A DNA stretch of 63,902 nt, filler included, from Hausera hauseri (GCA_046269625.1; 11 parts of 11 records of this genome joined end to end with filler, not necessarily neighbours in it), one strand, 5' to 3'; positions 1-18,737 are shown, counted from the whole stretch's first letter. Translations and numbers: made by a program. The notes: generated by a model not told the origin, from the sequence alone.

Positions 1-360
1 AGGACAAACGATTAGAAAAAGAAAGACAGTATAAAAAGTTGGAAAAGGAAGAGTACATTGAAAAAGGCAATAGACCACATTCTGCTTCAACAAGCACGGA
101 GAGTATCTCGAATGAACACTGAAATGGGTCCCTATACGGATCATATGATTTTCGTTCAAAAATTGCTGCCGCAATGTGACAAATTGTTCATTCGATTAGC
201 TCCCAATGGAAAAAGATTGTTGTGTAGTGAGTCAATCGATGAACCGATAACAGAATTCGCCATTTATCAAAGCTACATTGGAAGCAACGTAAATCTGATT
301 ACTGCCAAAGAAAATGATTCACAAGAATTAAACATAAACTGTCGCATACGTTTTCATCCG

Positions 361-2100
361 CACTTGGATCAGCAGGTTTGGATCACCTCGCTACATCATT
401 TCGGATTAAGGTCCACAGTTCGAATCCAACCTGTTTAAAGCTCTTGTCAATCGATTGGGAATTAACCACATTCATACGTCACCATATCATCAGCAATCAA
501 ATGGCCTTCTCGAACGCTTTCACCAAATGATGAAAACGCCTCTCAAAATCCTTACTAAGTCCAATCGCAGTTGGACCACACTCCTTCCGTACGTTCTGCT
601 AGGCTGGCGGAACACACCATCTACTTTTACAGGTTGTTCACCTGCAGAAGCATTATTTGGTACTTCTATTAGACCATTATTCGAGCTGGCTGAGCTGGAC
701 AATATTTCTACAGACGAAACCATACAAGCGGCCCAGAGACACTTCGTTGCGATCAGCAAAGACTCATTTAGACTATTACACGGAAATAAACCTTACATAC
801 CCGACGATTTATATACTTCCAAGTTCGATTGGCTGAAAAACCAGACGCCGTGTGGTTTTCAACCTCAGTATGTTGGCCTTTACAAAGTAATTCGTTTACA
901 CTCTCACGACATTATCATTCTTAAGGACGACAAAGAAGTAACAGTCCACATCAACAACGCTGAGCCGGCTTTCTTCATTGACGATACGCCTCCCATCTAA
1001 ACCACTTTTCCACCAACATCTTTACACGACGCGCAGCAATCCAACAATTCGCCTTCCATCTCTGCTCAATTCTTTCACCCACTTTCCCTACGTTTTCTTC
1101 CAAGTCCTCTACTTTAATTTTTTCTGACAGTTCAGCCTTTTTTTCCCATCCGATTTTGCACCTTCAAGCCTTTTACACCTTCTTCATCCCCTGGTGACAA
1201 CTTGCTTTCTCCTTTTACAAGACCTCCTCCGCCAAACACCACTTCAACTTCACCAATCTCTCCATCTATTCCTTTCATCATTCCAACCTCTTGCATACCA
1301 CCTTCCAACTACTTTCCTTTACCTTCTCCATCTTCTTGCTCCTTTCCGCTTTGTCCCGCTTCGTCGTCTTTTCTCTCTCTCTTTCTCATTCCACACCTTC
1401 CTCATCTTCAGCACTTTCTTCTTCCCTTTCTCCTCACACATCGCCTTTTACCCCTTTAATTTCTTTTTTTAAACTTCTTCCTATTTTTTCTTCAATCCCT
1501 ATCTCTTTTCCTCTCTCTACCACTACCTCTGTTTCATTTTCCACGTCCACTCTTGCGCCTAATACAATTCCAACTTCTATTCCAATATTCCTCTCTCCTC
1601 CTTCATCCGCCACTACACCTTTTATCATTTTTTCGTCTTCTAACACTCTCTTCAATACCTTTAACCATCCGTCTTCAATAACCTCTCTTCCTCCTTCACC
1701 TTCTTCTTCTCTTTCTTCTGACCCATCTTCGCACGACATATCACTCACAACAAAATCCAAAATTTTTTTCCCAACTTCAAACTCTGCAAGCAAACACATC
1801 GCATAAAGACAAAACACGCAGTCACATTCAGCAAATATAGCAGGGAAAAATCAGCAGAAGGCATCCAACGTCTTGTCCACAATAAGACCAACTGACACAG
1901 GCACTTTTTCGTTTAGCGAATTTTTCTTTCTGTCTGTTTTGATCTTCATAGTTTTCACTTTGCCACGGAGAGGTGATGTGGTGCCCACGGCGGCCGGTGC
2001 CCTTTGGCCCATTTGGTCGGCCACGGCCGGGCGTCCACTGCCGCCGCGTCGGGCCCATAGGCGAGCCCCCGATCTTCCGACCCTTCGCTGTAAGAATTCA
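361..2100 (+). mobile_element. Gypsy/Ty3 LTR retrotransposon relic, copy A (integrase core and C-terminus, S/P/T-rich tail, PPT, start of 3' LTR at 1977)
   Basis: TWISRFGSP..ISD*GPQFES and HTSPYHQQSNGLLERFH rve motifs; purine tract ACGGAGAGGTGA followed by TGTGGTGCC; homologous to copies B-E; right boundary approximate. Confidence 0.88.
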
Positions 2101-2295
2101 ATCCATGAATTTATCGAAAAGGATTCTATATTTTATATTCATCTTCTCTCGTATTTTAATTTTTGAAAGCTGTTTATTACCTTTACATATAGTCAGATTT
2201 TACATGAATTTATCTGCTGCGATTCCACTCCAAACTGTCCCTGTTTCATCCAGTCTCTACTTCTATTGTCTTGACAAATACGATTTTCAATACCA

Positions 2296-2440
2296 CCATA
2301 CGAATGACGTAAGCCGGACACATTTGGAGTCCACTGATGCATACTGCATGTCAGTGATTCTGGAATACACTTACACGGGTCAAATTCCATCAACTATCGA
2401 TTTGTTTGAAGACATTTTAATGACTGCCGACTGTTTTCCT
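2296..2440 (+). pseudogene. BTB/POZ (kelch-like) domain fragment
   Basis: HLESTDAYCMSVILEYTYTGQIPSTIDLFEDILMTADCF resembles the BTB C-terminal half (il.y.YTG.i......ll.aAd.l); no complete gene visible. Confidence 0.5.
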
Positions 2441-3811
2441 TTTGGACTCAATAGTCGAGTCAATCGTCTCAGAGCTGAAATACCATCTTACACGGGACAG
2501 CGTGATAAAGTATCATCAATTGGCCAAAACAATTCGACGCCACTCGGGGTAGCCCACAACACAGCAATCCATCTTTAATAACAGCAGATACGATGGACAT
2601 TCTGAAAGACCAACGATTAGCTATTTGTCTGGGAATATGTTATGCATCAGTGGGCACTGTACGACAAGGAAGGGAGATGTGACTGCAAGCAATATACCTG
2701 AAAACCCAAGTTTCAAATTAGCCAAATTTTACATTTCGAAAATAAAAATTGCTGGATGTAACAAGCAAATTCAGATTTCAACGTTAATCACTTAATCAAT
2801 TTAAAATGACAGTTTACAGCATTGTACACAGTTGGCCCTTCTTTCCTAAAGTAATTGTACGATTCAAAGTATTTGGCTTTATCAAAGGGGTCTTTCGAAT
2901 ATCTATTGCAAATTTCATATGAATTTGGTGATATTCTACAACACTGTAGTTTGTCATTAGTAATCATCTCATTTTGTTTGGGAGATCGTAAAGTATTACT
3001 GTGATTCCAAATTTCAATTCCGATGTCGTGATATACATTTAACTTCTCTATCAGAACGTTTTACAACTGGAGTCAGACGACCAATCAAAACGATCAGCAA
3101 CTTAGCAAATAATACGTCAAGTAAAATTGGATCCCTTGTATTGTTTCAAATAATGCTCTTTATCTTTTTTCTCACGGTACAGGTTTGTCAAGAAAATAAC
3201 CCTTGCTACTTAAATGTGAAAAATATTATTTTTATTTTAATTTTTCTGCATAAATAACTGATGACTTTTTGGTACATAATGAATTTTGTCCAGATTGAAT
3301 AAGAAAATGACTTGTTTGAATGAGCAAAAAATTTGTGTAAAAATGGATATAGTTTTTGATTTCAATATGGTAAATATGTGGACATGTTTTTATAATCGAT
3401 CAGTTTCTGTTTCATGTTAGCCATTTTCTTTGACTTGAATTTAACATTTAATTTGGAAGTTACATCTTAGTTCGGAATTTTGAATTTTTGAGATTTTGTT
3501 ATTGCTGATTCTATTGTATTTTAATTTTGAATTTTGAATTCTAAATTTGTCCTGGACATATTGGTGTTGTTGAATTCTTTAGATAATTCGAAGCAAGTTT
3601 ATTTATATTGATTTGCAGAAATTTTGAGTGCACTCAATCCATTCCATATTATGTGCCAAATTTATTCGAAGTCAAATTGCTCTGTAATAAAAGATTCGGA
3701 TCGCTTATTCTGGTCTAAGATCCCGACCAATCAAATATTTTTCTTAACGAGATATGAAACCATGGGAGAATTCATGCTCCAGACAAGTTCATATACATGG
3801 ATAATCCACAC

Positions 3812-6800
3812 AGTTGTTTCATTACTGCCTTCATCTTTCACATCACTAAAAATGCTCGCTACATCTAATAAATTATTCACCTCAAATAGGCACGCATTAC
3901 CTATTTTTGGTGCTGCAGAAAGGTTTTCACCCTGCCACATTTTTTATGTCTTTCAATGGAAGTTCACTGTTGCAGGTACCAAAACGCCAACCTTAGGGTC
4001 TGATTTTTTATCGAACTACAATTTACTAATTGACTGCAGACAGCATCGTGGGATCAAAAATGCAATCAATCATACAAAATCACAAAATAATCAACACTTG
4101 TCGGGCAGTTGACTGTAGCGCCGAAATTTATATTAAAGAAATCTTTTATTAAACTAGATAAATTGAACGTTGATAACTCCGATTGTCACGCTTCCATTCA
4201 TACAGTAACAACAACAAAAAAATTACCAACACCGACACGATCTCTCACCTCACCTATCCATTTGTGCAACTGGATGTAGCTCTTCGTGATTACATCACAA
4301 CTCGTACCAGAACGCTAAAAAAGATCCCAACTTTAAGCCTGTTTCTACGATGTACCATCACATCGTCACTGAACACCAAAAGTCAATTAAACAGAAGATT
4401 TAGCCACATTCTCCGTGAAGACATGAAGTTATGGCACCGGAGTTCAATGAATTAGAAAAAGCAAGTATTATAAGAAGATCAAAGTCACTTTGGGCCTCAC
4501 TTCTACATGTAGTTCCCAAGAAGGACCGTTCTATCAAGCCCTGTGGCGATTATCGCCAATTGAACACCATTACGGTAATAGATGCATATAGATTACCGCT
4601 TATCAACGACATCTTAAATAGACTCAATGGCAACACCATATTTTCTTCCATCAGTCTTTATAAAGCCTAGAATCAAATTCCAGTCTCACCGGTTGACATA
4701 CCGAAAACGGCTGTGACAACACCTTTCGGCCTTTTGAGTATGTCTTCATGCTTTTGGTCTGCGTAGTGCCTCACAAACATTTCAAAGGCACATTTACACA
4801 ATCCTTATTGGCCTAAACTTTGCATTTTCTTGCATAGATGACATTCTCATAGCTTCGTCATCTCCTAAGCAACATTCTAAGCATTTACGTATGGTCTTTC
4901 AACGCCTTCACAAAAATTATTTAGAAGTAAATTTCGCCAAATGCTGTTTTTCCAACAAAAGATCTAATTTCGTGGTCGTTATCACCAAATTTGGCCACTC
5001 TCCTCAACAATACCGCATAACAGAGCTTAAGAACATCCAACTGCCAAGAATAACAATTGAAATGTGCTCTTTCTTGGCATACTCGACTTTTTTCACAAAT
5101 ACGTGCCACATTACTCCGAATTAACGTCATCCTTTGCATTTCTATCATCTGGAAAAAAGAAGCAATTAATTCGCTGAACGCCTGAACTTGTCAATTAATT
5201 CGACCATTTACGTGAGGGTTTGAGAACCGTTGAAAATCTAGCATACCCTAAGCCTGACGCAGAGCTGATACAAAACGCAGATGCATCTACCACAGCCGTC
5301 GGTATAATACTGCATAAAATTTCTGATGGCATCAACAAGCCTCTGGAATTTTATTCTCGGAAATTTACACCACCAGAAAGCCGTTACTCATATTTCGACA
5401 GAGTGCTACTAACTATAGTATTAGCTTTATAACATTTCTCGCATTTGTTAATCACCAGGTCTTTTACGATTCAAACAGATTACAAACTTCTGCTGGGAAT
5501 CATGAATATGAAAACTCCTTCACCTTGATAGGAACGTCATGCATCGTACTTTTTGACGTTGAATTTTAAAATGGTACATATTTCAGGCACTGACAATCTA
5601 GTTGCCGATTTTTTCGATATCAGTTAACATCATTGGAGTCATTGCGATTTTTTCACAGGCGGTGCTTCAGCAAAACGTACTAGCAATAGAAATTCTTAAA
5701 TCCTTTAAATCACATCAAATCATTGACGGAATTGCCTATGACACGTCTAAACCCGGTAATCACAAACCCATACTATCTTCATCTTTGCGGAAAACTGCAT
5801 TCTATAGCGTTCATTCTCTTCATCATCCTGGTACCAAAGCAACTTTTAGTCTTTTGTAACGTAACATTATGTTAGTCGTGGGTTAATAAGAGTGCGGTAT
5901 GCCAAAAATGTACAACTTACAAGCATTTGAAGCCACCACTACATCAGTTCTCCTGTACGTCGAGTTTTGAATCGGTTCATATAGACTTAGTCGCCCCTCT
6001 TCGTCCAGACAACGGCCATCATTTCATACTCACCATGATGGACCGTTCTTCTCGGTGGTCAGAAACCATTCCATTACGTTCCTCCAATACAGACACTATC
6101 GCTGAAGTCTTCATCAAAACTTGGATCATCAGATTTGGCTCATCTTGATTCATAATCTCGGATCAAAGTCCACAATTCGAGTCAAATCTCTTTAAATCTT
6201 TAGTCGATCACTTGGGGATTAAACATATGCACACTTCTCCATATCATCCCGAAGCAAACGGCATGCTAAAAAGATTTCACAGTACAATGAAGACCTAACT
6301 TAAAATCCTTGCTTTATCACAAAGCAACTGGACAGCTCTCCTACCTTTTTTCCTGCTTTGTTGGCAAAACACACCCTCCACCATTACGGGTTGTGCACTA
6401 GCTGAAACATTGTTTGAAACACCGATTCGAGAACTTTATGAGTTAGCTGATCTGGACGGTACACTTGACGATCACTTTGTTGTACTAAACAAAGACTCAT
6501 TTCGCAGAATAGTAAATTATAACAAATCAAACATACCAGATGATTTGTATACCGCCAAGTTTGTCTGGCTTCGTAATCCTTCACCTGATAGTTTTCAATC
6601 ACAATACGTTGGACCATTCAAACTGCTTTCTTTATAGTCTCACACGGTTACAATTCTTAAATGTAGTAAAGAACAAACTGTGCACATCACCAATCTAACA
6701 CCTGCCTTTTCGTGGACTATTCTCCTAATGATTTACACTGGCACTTTTCTCTATTATTTTGTTCATACTCCGGGCCTTGCCAACTCAACGAATCACCAAC

Positions 6801-7467
6801 CACCACCTGATCCAATACCAACTTCTCTTTCTAATCTTTCTACCCCTACTTCCAATTCCTTACCTGTTACTTCTCATTTCTCATCTTCTACTGATAACTT
6901 CACATCCACTACTTCACATTCATAATTTCCTCCTACTCACTTCTCACTTTCTACTCTTTCTTCCTCAAATTCCACTTCTACGTCTCGTTTTCCATTTTCT
7001 ACTCTTCATTCTTCTTCCATTTTTCATTCCTCACTTTTTTCCTCCATTTTTTCTTCAACTAATCTTTCCTCACAACTGTAACTCTTCAACACAAAGAACA
7101 CCAAACAATGAACCAAAAAATACAAAGTTTTCACCCCTACGTACACCTCTGCAAACGAACACACCAAACGAAAACAGAATACGCAGAGTTACCTTCAATA
7201 AATACTTTCAGTAAAATATCGACATAGAACAACGTCTAGTACCCACAAAAGTCGAATAGAACACAAACTTTTCCTTTTCACGATTTTTTCATATTTTTGC
7301 TCTATTATAATTCCATTTTTGTCAGGCGAGGATAGTGTGATGCCGCGATTGCGGGCGTCGCCACCACTGACGGCACACGGTTAACAACTTGGTGCCGTTG
7401 GGCCGGTGTATTTTTCGTTTCGGCATTTCTTTGTAGCTGCTGTCTCGTTGGCTGTAGACTAATCACC
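3812..7467 (+). mobile_element. Gypsy LTR retrotransposon relic, copy B (protease, RT, RNase H, integrase, tail, PPT, ~130-bp 3' LTR at 7336-~7467)
   Basis: VVSLLP..TLGSDFL protease; WASLLHVVPKKD..PCGDYRQLN; CIDDIL RT; ADASTTAVG RNase H; VHIDLVAPL integrase; many stops and frameshifts. Confidence 0.92.
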
Positions 7468-8722
7468 TTTTGAAAGTGGTCAGATATTCAAATTTTAAAG
7501 CATTTTTATACATGCTAAATCAAACTCAAAGTTCTATTCCTGACAATTCTGGTGCAAAAGTTGTATATTACACGACATTGTTACAAAACTATATACCTCA
7601 TGGTATATTATGAAATCATTGGTCAGACTCAATCACACTTTATCAATATGTCGTCAGAATATATATCCGTTTTCAAAGTCACTTTTCTCTGTAGCCTTTC
7701 ATTTTGTTTACTGATGGGAGGAGACAAACTGAATTTAGCTTTATCGAAAAATCAAACTGATCTCCATTTTCTCCATTGAATCGATGTAACATTAATTGTG
7801 ATTTTGCCATTTGGTTTTTGCGCTGCTCCGTCAGTGTGTGGCACTTAACCTTTTTGAAGCATCTGAGGCTACTTTGTTTAATTATGTATTATATACAAAC
7901 TTCTTTCATATTCCTAAAGTCGTAGAAATGCTTCTTTGAATTTCGTGGCCTGTTGTCTGATTATCCAGTTGTCTTGGTTTGGCAGGTGTAAGAGTTAACT
8001 CCAACACGTGCATGTGTCTTGAAAGTGCTTGTTTGACCGAGCCCTTCTTTCCGTTTTCCTGCTTCCTCCTATTCAGTGTCTGTGAACCTTTCGACATTGC
8101 ACGGAATTGATGACGTGTGATATTTTGGAATAAATCGGGAAACACTGGTCTGCCTGTATCTAAACACCAGTTCACTTTTGAAAAGGACAATTATCATTCT
8201 TTGGAAGTGTCAGTTATGGTGCTATTTTCAAAAATACATCTTTCGATTGTGTTTTGTAATACCTTTATAAATATTAAGTTATAATAAAAATAGTATTTAT
8301 TAAGGTGTTTTATTCATGTGTTGTAATATGTTAAATACATATAATTTGTATATTGTACATATATGACTCAAATATGGGATTTGTGTTTTACGCTTGTTTT
8401 TATTTACATTCACTTTTATGAAACACAATAAACCCCATTTTAAAAAGAAAGAATTTAAAACATTACGCAGATACTATTTTAGAAGGATTACATTGAAAAT
8501 TATCTAACAACCCACAAGCAACAAAACGGTAACGAGCAGCACTTAGTAAGTTATCCAAAATAATAGTCAAATAATGTTTGTATTGTAATAATAGAAGACG
8601 ACGAAGTGTACGTAATAGTGTATTAAATCAATCAGAATTAATTTAGAATTAATTATTTACAAATTGAATCATTACCGCTAATTGTTATGCACGAATTGAA
8701 TCATTATTTTTATACATTGTTT

Positions 8723-8822
8723 NNNNNNNNNNNNNNNNNNNNNNNNNNNNNNNNNNNNNNNNNNNNTTAATTAATTAANNNNNNNNNNNNNNNNNNNNNN
8801 NNNNNNNNNNNNNNNNNNNNNN
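8723..8822. other. Artificial contig spacer (N44-TTAATTAATTAA-N44). Identical spacers at 14497-14596, 18638-18737, 23643-23742, 31013-31112, 35619-35718, 41273-41372, 45882-45981, 51271-51370, 58525-58624
   Basis: Ten identical 100-bp blocks with a six-frame-stop palindrome in the centre; composition and gene content change abruptly at each. Confidence 0.97.
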
Positions 8823-8871
8823 TATCAAGTGTTGGCGCAGTTTTGAATTATATGATAATTAGGCTAATTAC

Positions 8872-13916
<5,045 letters not shown>

Positions 13917-14596
13917 TATTGCATTTGCCGCTGTCGTTGTCACCACCGACCGCTATTCTCCTGTATTTAAATGTAGCTCTCGATGGTGATTGGTCAACAG
14001 TCGTGTCCATTACTTTTATAAATATAGTGTTGTTTTTACTTCTATTGCCCGCCATTCAGTTTGTGTTCCTCCAGATGTTGGGTTCCTTTTTTCTAAATAT
14101 ACTTAACTATCCACTATATTACATTTTGTATGTTATTTGAAACTTTTCGCTCTCTGGTATCATCGCAGTTTCTAGGAATTAATTTTTGGTCTCTGTCAAT
14201 GTTTATCGCTGATTATTTCATCTTTCTAAAATAAACACATTTTAATTGACGTTGCATCAATCCAATTTGTTATAACTGTCAAAAATTGAAATGTTACCAA
14301 ATCGAGGAAATGTAATTAATTTCCTTCGTTCTAATTTTGCTGATATGATGCTGTTGTTGAAAATTATTTAAAAACCATATCAGAATGGCAAAAACGACAG
14401 AATAATCGCCCATGAAATTTGAAATTTCACAGAAGCTGAATCTAAATGTCAGAAAATCAAAATTGTTGATAGCCATAGATAGACATCACGTGATAGNNNN
14501 NNNNNNNNNNNNNNNNNNNNNNNNNNNNNNNNNNNNNNNNTTAATTAATTAANNNNNNNNNNNNNNNNNNNNNNNNNNNNNNNNNNNNNNNNNNNN

Positions 14597-17500
14597 GCAA
14601 TATCACACCACCATCCCCCCATAGGAGAAGTGAAACAGTAGGTAAAAGAGAAAGAATTGAAAACGTGGAAGGAATAGTCTGTAACGAAAGTAAGCAGACA
14701 AGGCAGAACGGTGTAAGCGAACTATTGGGTCTTTGTATGGACAAGACGTGGGATTTTGTCGATATTTTGTTCTCTGCAGCATTTGCTGAAAGTGACTGTT
14801 TTGTTTTGTTTGCCGTGCCGTTTGATTTTATGCTGAGGTGATTGTAATATAGTTGAATTTTGATTTGACATTTCAGCAGATTGAGAACTAGTCGGTATGT
14901 CGCTTTGCGTAGCTTTTTGAATTGATGCAGGTTTTGAAATAGCAGAATGTTGTGTAGGCAAAATGGACGAAGAATTGAAGGAATCAAGAAAGGTATGTGT
15001 AGAGTTAGTTGTTGGATCCGGTGTGTCATTAACGAAAAGTGCAGGTTTTACGTTAGATATGTGCACATTTTGTTATTTGTCGTTTCTGAGTATTGTAAAC
15101 GTGTGTGAAGTTAGATTGAGAACTTTATATGGTCCTATGCAGTTTGGTTGGAATCCAGAAGGTGAAGGATTTTTTATCCACACGAACTTTTCATTAAATA
15201 GCGAGTTAGGTAATTATGATTTTTCACCATGTACTATTTTGCAGAAAGAATCCTGGCTTAATTGGACGAAGTGACTTTGTGCAAACCTAATGGTTTCGTC
15301 AGTCGGTGTGTTATCCAAATCGGTGAATTCGAAGAGTGCACGAATTGTGGTACCAAAGAGTGCTTCAGCGGGTGCACAACCGGTGGTAGTAGACGGCGTG
15401 TTGCGCCACCCGAGTAAAACAAAAGGGAGGATGGTTGTTCAATTCTTATGAGTTTCGGCCAGGATTTTCAACGAGATCTTGAGAGTGCGATGAAAGCGTT
15501 CTAATAAGCCGTTCGACTGGGGATGATATGGTGCTGTGTGTATGTGATTAATGCCTAGTCGATTAACTAAAGATTTGAATAGGTTTGATTCAAATTGGGG
15601 ACCTTGGTCTGTAATTATATTGCGAGGTGAACCGAACCGGCTAATCCAAATTATTATGAATGCATCGGCAATCGAGTCTATATTGATTGAGCGCAAAGAA
15701 ACGGCTTGCGGCCAACGAAACGCGCGGTCCATCAATGTTAACACGAATTGGAGGCCGTTATCGGAAGGTAATGGGCCAACGATATCTATGTGAAATGACT
15801 CAAAGCGGGATGTACATGGGAAATGGAATAATGGTGGTTTAAGATACTTAGCTACTTTAAACTTTTGGCAAGCTACACATTGCCTAACCCAGCTCTGTAC
15901 GTCAGACCTCATTGATGGTCATGTTACATGACGTTTGAGGAGGCGGAATGTAGCCTTAGAACCTGAATGATACAAAGAATGAACATGTTGAAATTCAGTT
16001 TGTTGGAGAGGAGGTGCCAAAATTGGCAAATGTTGTCCAGGTGTCAAAGTATACATGGCTATTCCATCGATGATTTGCACGGATTTTTATTGTTTCAGAA
16101 TTTCATTGGAAGGTGGATTTTGGATTAACTGGTTCTTTGAGAAAATTGGTGGGACGCTAATAGCGCCAACTGACCATGATAAGAAGTCGGCTATTAAATT
16201 GTCTGTGCCGCGAATATAGCAAATTTTAATGTTGAATATTGACAGATATGAGATATGGCGTTCTTGTCGCAATGATGGTTGTTTCATGTTTATTACGTGA
16301 ACGAGAGATTTGTAGTCCGTTTGGATAGTAAAGGAACGAGCGATAAGCAAGTGTGAAAAATGTTTTAGAGCTAAAACAATGGCCAGGAGTTCTCTATAGA
16401 AGGTGGAATAACGGCGTTCTTGTGTCTGCAGCGTGCGTGAAAAGAATTCTAACGGCTCGTTTATACCTTGAGATATTTGATAAAGAACCGCTCCTACTGC
16501 TGTAATTGATGCATCGGTTGTTAAAATTAGGTCAGCATTAGGTTTTGGGTAAGCTAAAATTTCGACTGTTTTAAGATTGTCTTGGCGTTCATCGAACTGG
16601 TTAAAAAGTTCTGGTGTCAAATATATGAGCTTTTTCTTCGGCCCTGCTCCTAGTTGAGCGAAAGGCGCAGTTAACTGGCTACAGCATGGGGCGTATTTAT
16701 GTGCCAAATGTAAAATCCCAAAGAAACTACGCATATGAGTAGTGGTTTTTGGTAGCTCGATATTTCGTAGCTGATGGATTCTATCAGACTGTGGACTGTG
16801 ACCGTCAGGTATGATGACGAGGCCAAGGAAATTGACCTTTTTCTGAAAGAAAGAACACTTAGAAAAGTTCACTTGCAAATTGTGGTTGTGCAAGCGTTGG
16901 AAAACTAGTTTGAGATGTTCTTTATGTTGTTTGGGCGATGCCGATGCGACTAGTATGTCATCAATGTATGGATATACAAAAGGAAAGCCTGAAAGAACTG
17001 AATCAATGTGTCGCTGGAAAGTTTGTGCTGCGTTTTTTAAACCGAACGGCATGAATGCATATTCGAAAAGACCAAAAGGTGTTATAATGGCCGTTTTTTG
17101 GATGTCTTCAGGTGCTACCGGTATTTGGTGGTAGGCTTTTTCGAGATCTATGGTCGAATAGATTGTAGTCTTGGGTAAGGAATGTAATATGTCCTTAATC
17201 AAAGGTAGAAAATAAGCGTCCATGGTAGTGACGTTATTTAGTTGGCGATAATCGCCGCATGGACAGAATGTGCCATCTTTTTTGGCACAACGTGGAGTGG
17301 TGATGCTCACGGAGATTTTGATCGTTTTATTATGCCAGCTTGCTCGAGTGCAGAGAATTCCGCTTGGACTGCCTGTCGACGGTGTGGTAAAAGTGGGTGG
17401 AGTTTCTGCCTAACGGGCCTAAGATTTTCTGTGATGATATGATGAAACGTCGTGTTAGCCGGTCGAAATGCTGGGCCTTTTTTAATTGTATGAAAACAAG

Positions 17501-18637
17501 ACTTGACTAAATATTGTTGCATTTCTTGGCTAAGCGTAGAAAAGGTTTGATTGGACTTAGTGTGAAAAATGGTAGAAATCGGGCAGTCTAAATCGGACTT
17601 CAACAGAAAAGTAGGACTGTTTATATTGGTTTTATCAGTAAGGTTTTTATTCACATTGGTTAATGGTTTATTCAATATTGATTTTATAGTTGAGATAGGC
17701 TGCATGATCATTTGGTTATTTGTAAGGGTTGGCTTTGTTGAACTGCTTTTAATGATCCGACGCTATCTACAATCTATAAGGAGGTTGTAGAATGATAAGA
17801 AATCAGACCCAAGTATTGGAGATTGTGTGTCGGCAAAGATGAATGTTTAATTAAAAATGTCGGAGAATGGTTGTAAAGTAAATAAAACTTTAAACGTGCC
17901 GAAAATGCGTAAAGCTTGGCCGTTATCTGTGTATAATTTAGTGTTAGATGGTAAGATGGATGGTGTTTTAATGGATGGTGGTAACAAAAAAACAGCAGCC
18001 CATGAGTCAATGAGGAAGTTGATTGGTTCATTAGGTTTGGATGTTAAGGAGGCTTTTAATGTGAAAACAGCGTATGTACGGCTATTAGACTGAAGACGTT
18101 TGCCTGTGCCAGTATGTGCCGAAACATCTGGCGGCTGTCAGTTTTTTTGGATAGTAAAATTTTGGGAGTCGGAAGAATTACGATGAAATTGGTTAAGTCG
18201 ACTGGAAAACGTGCAACCGTTGATGCAGTTTCGGGCTTTATTGCTGAACCTATTATGGTAAATACAAACGATGTCAGATTTTTGAAAAGCGGGTGTAAAG
18301 AATATACATCCAAGCAACATTTGTTGAATTGGTCCTTGAATTTAGTGTGATAATAGCACACCATAGGTCGAGTAGGGGACCTAGCAAATCTCGAATTTTG
18401 CGATGAAACACGGCTATGATTGGGTGGGAATCGACCTCTTCGTGGCATGGATAAATTGTTCAGTTTAGAACTTAAAGCAGAAATGTCTTGGTGTATTGCT
18501 GTGTTTTCAGCCCGGAGAGCGTTTATTTGGTTATTCATCGCTACGATTTCTGAATTGGGTGGTGTCATAGACGGTTGTAATGTGGCTGCCACAATAGGGG
18601 TATGGTGTGCATTTAGTATTTCATAACTTTTATCAGA
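14597..18637 (-). mobile_element. Gypsy LTR retrotransposon relic, copy C (gag C-terminus, protease, RT, RNase H, integrase, tail, PPT, LTR start at the contig edge)
   Basis: ORF 16087-17310 has YIDD and TTDASITAVG; ORF 15439-15912 has rve motifs; gag CYYH knuckles; PPT GGGGGATGGTGG followed by TGTGAT. Confidence 0.94.
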
Positions 18638-18737
18638 NNNNNNNNNNNNNNNNNNNNNNNNNNNNNNNNNNNNNNNNNNNNTTAATTAATTAANNNNNNN
18701 NNNNNNNNNNNNNNNNNNNNNNNNNNNNNNNNNNNNN

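Noticed and set aside
58-360. 126-aa ORF at the window start
   Set aside because: May be a host exon, but no family is recognisable and its 3' part is out-of-frame Gypsy integrase
1194-1817. Several overlapping L/F/S/P-rich or E/G-rich ORFs (also 6680-7214, 19117-19885, 29374-30238, 41069-41324)
   Set aside because: Products of low-complexity or microsatellite DNA lacking stops; only the integrase-tail frame is plausible
7906-8190. 94-aa minus-strand ORF
   Set aside because: No recognisable motif and no supported exon structure
8767-8778. Recurrent TTAATTAATTAA palindrome as a biological repeat or CRISPR-like element
   Set aside because: Always centred in N-runs of fixed 100-bp length; it is an assembly linker
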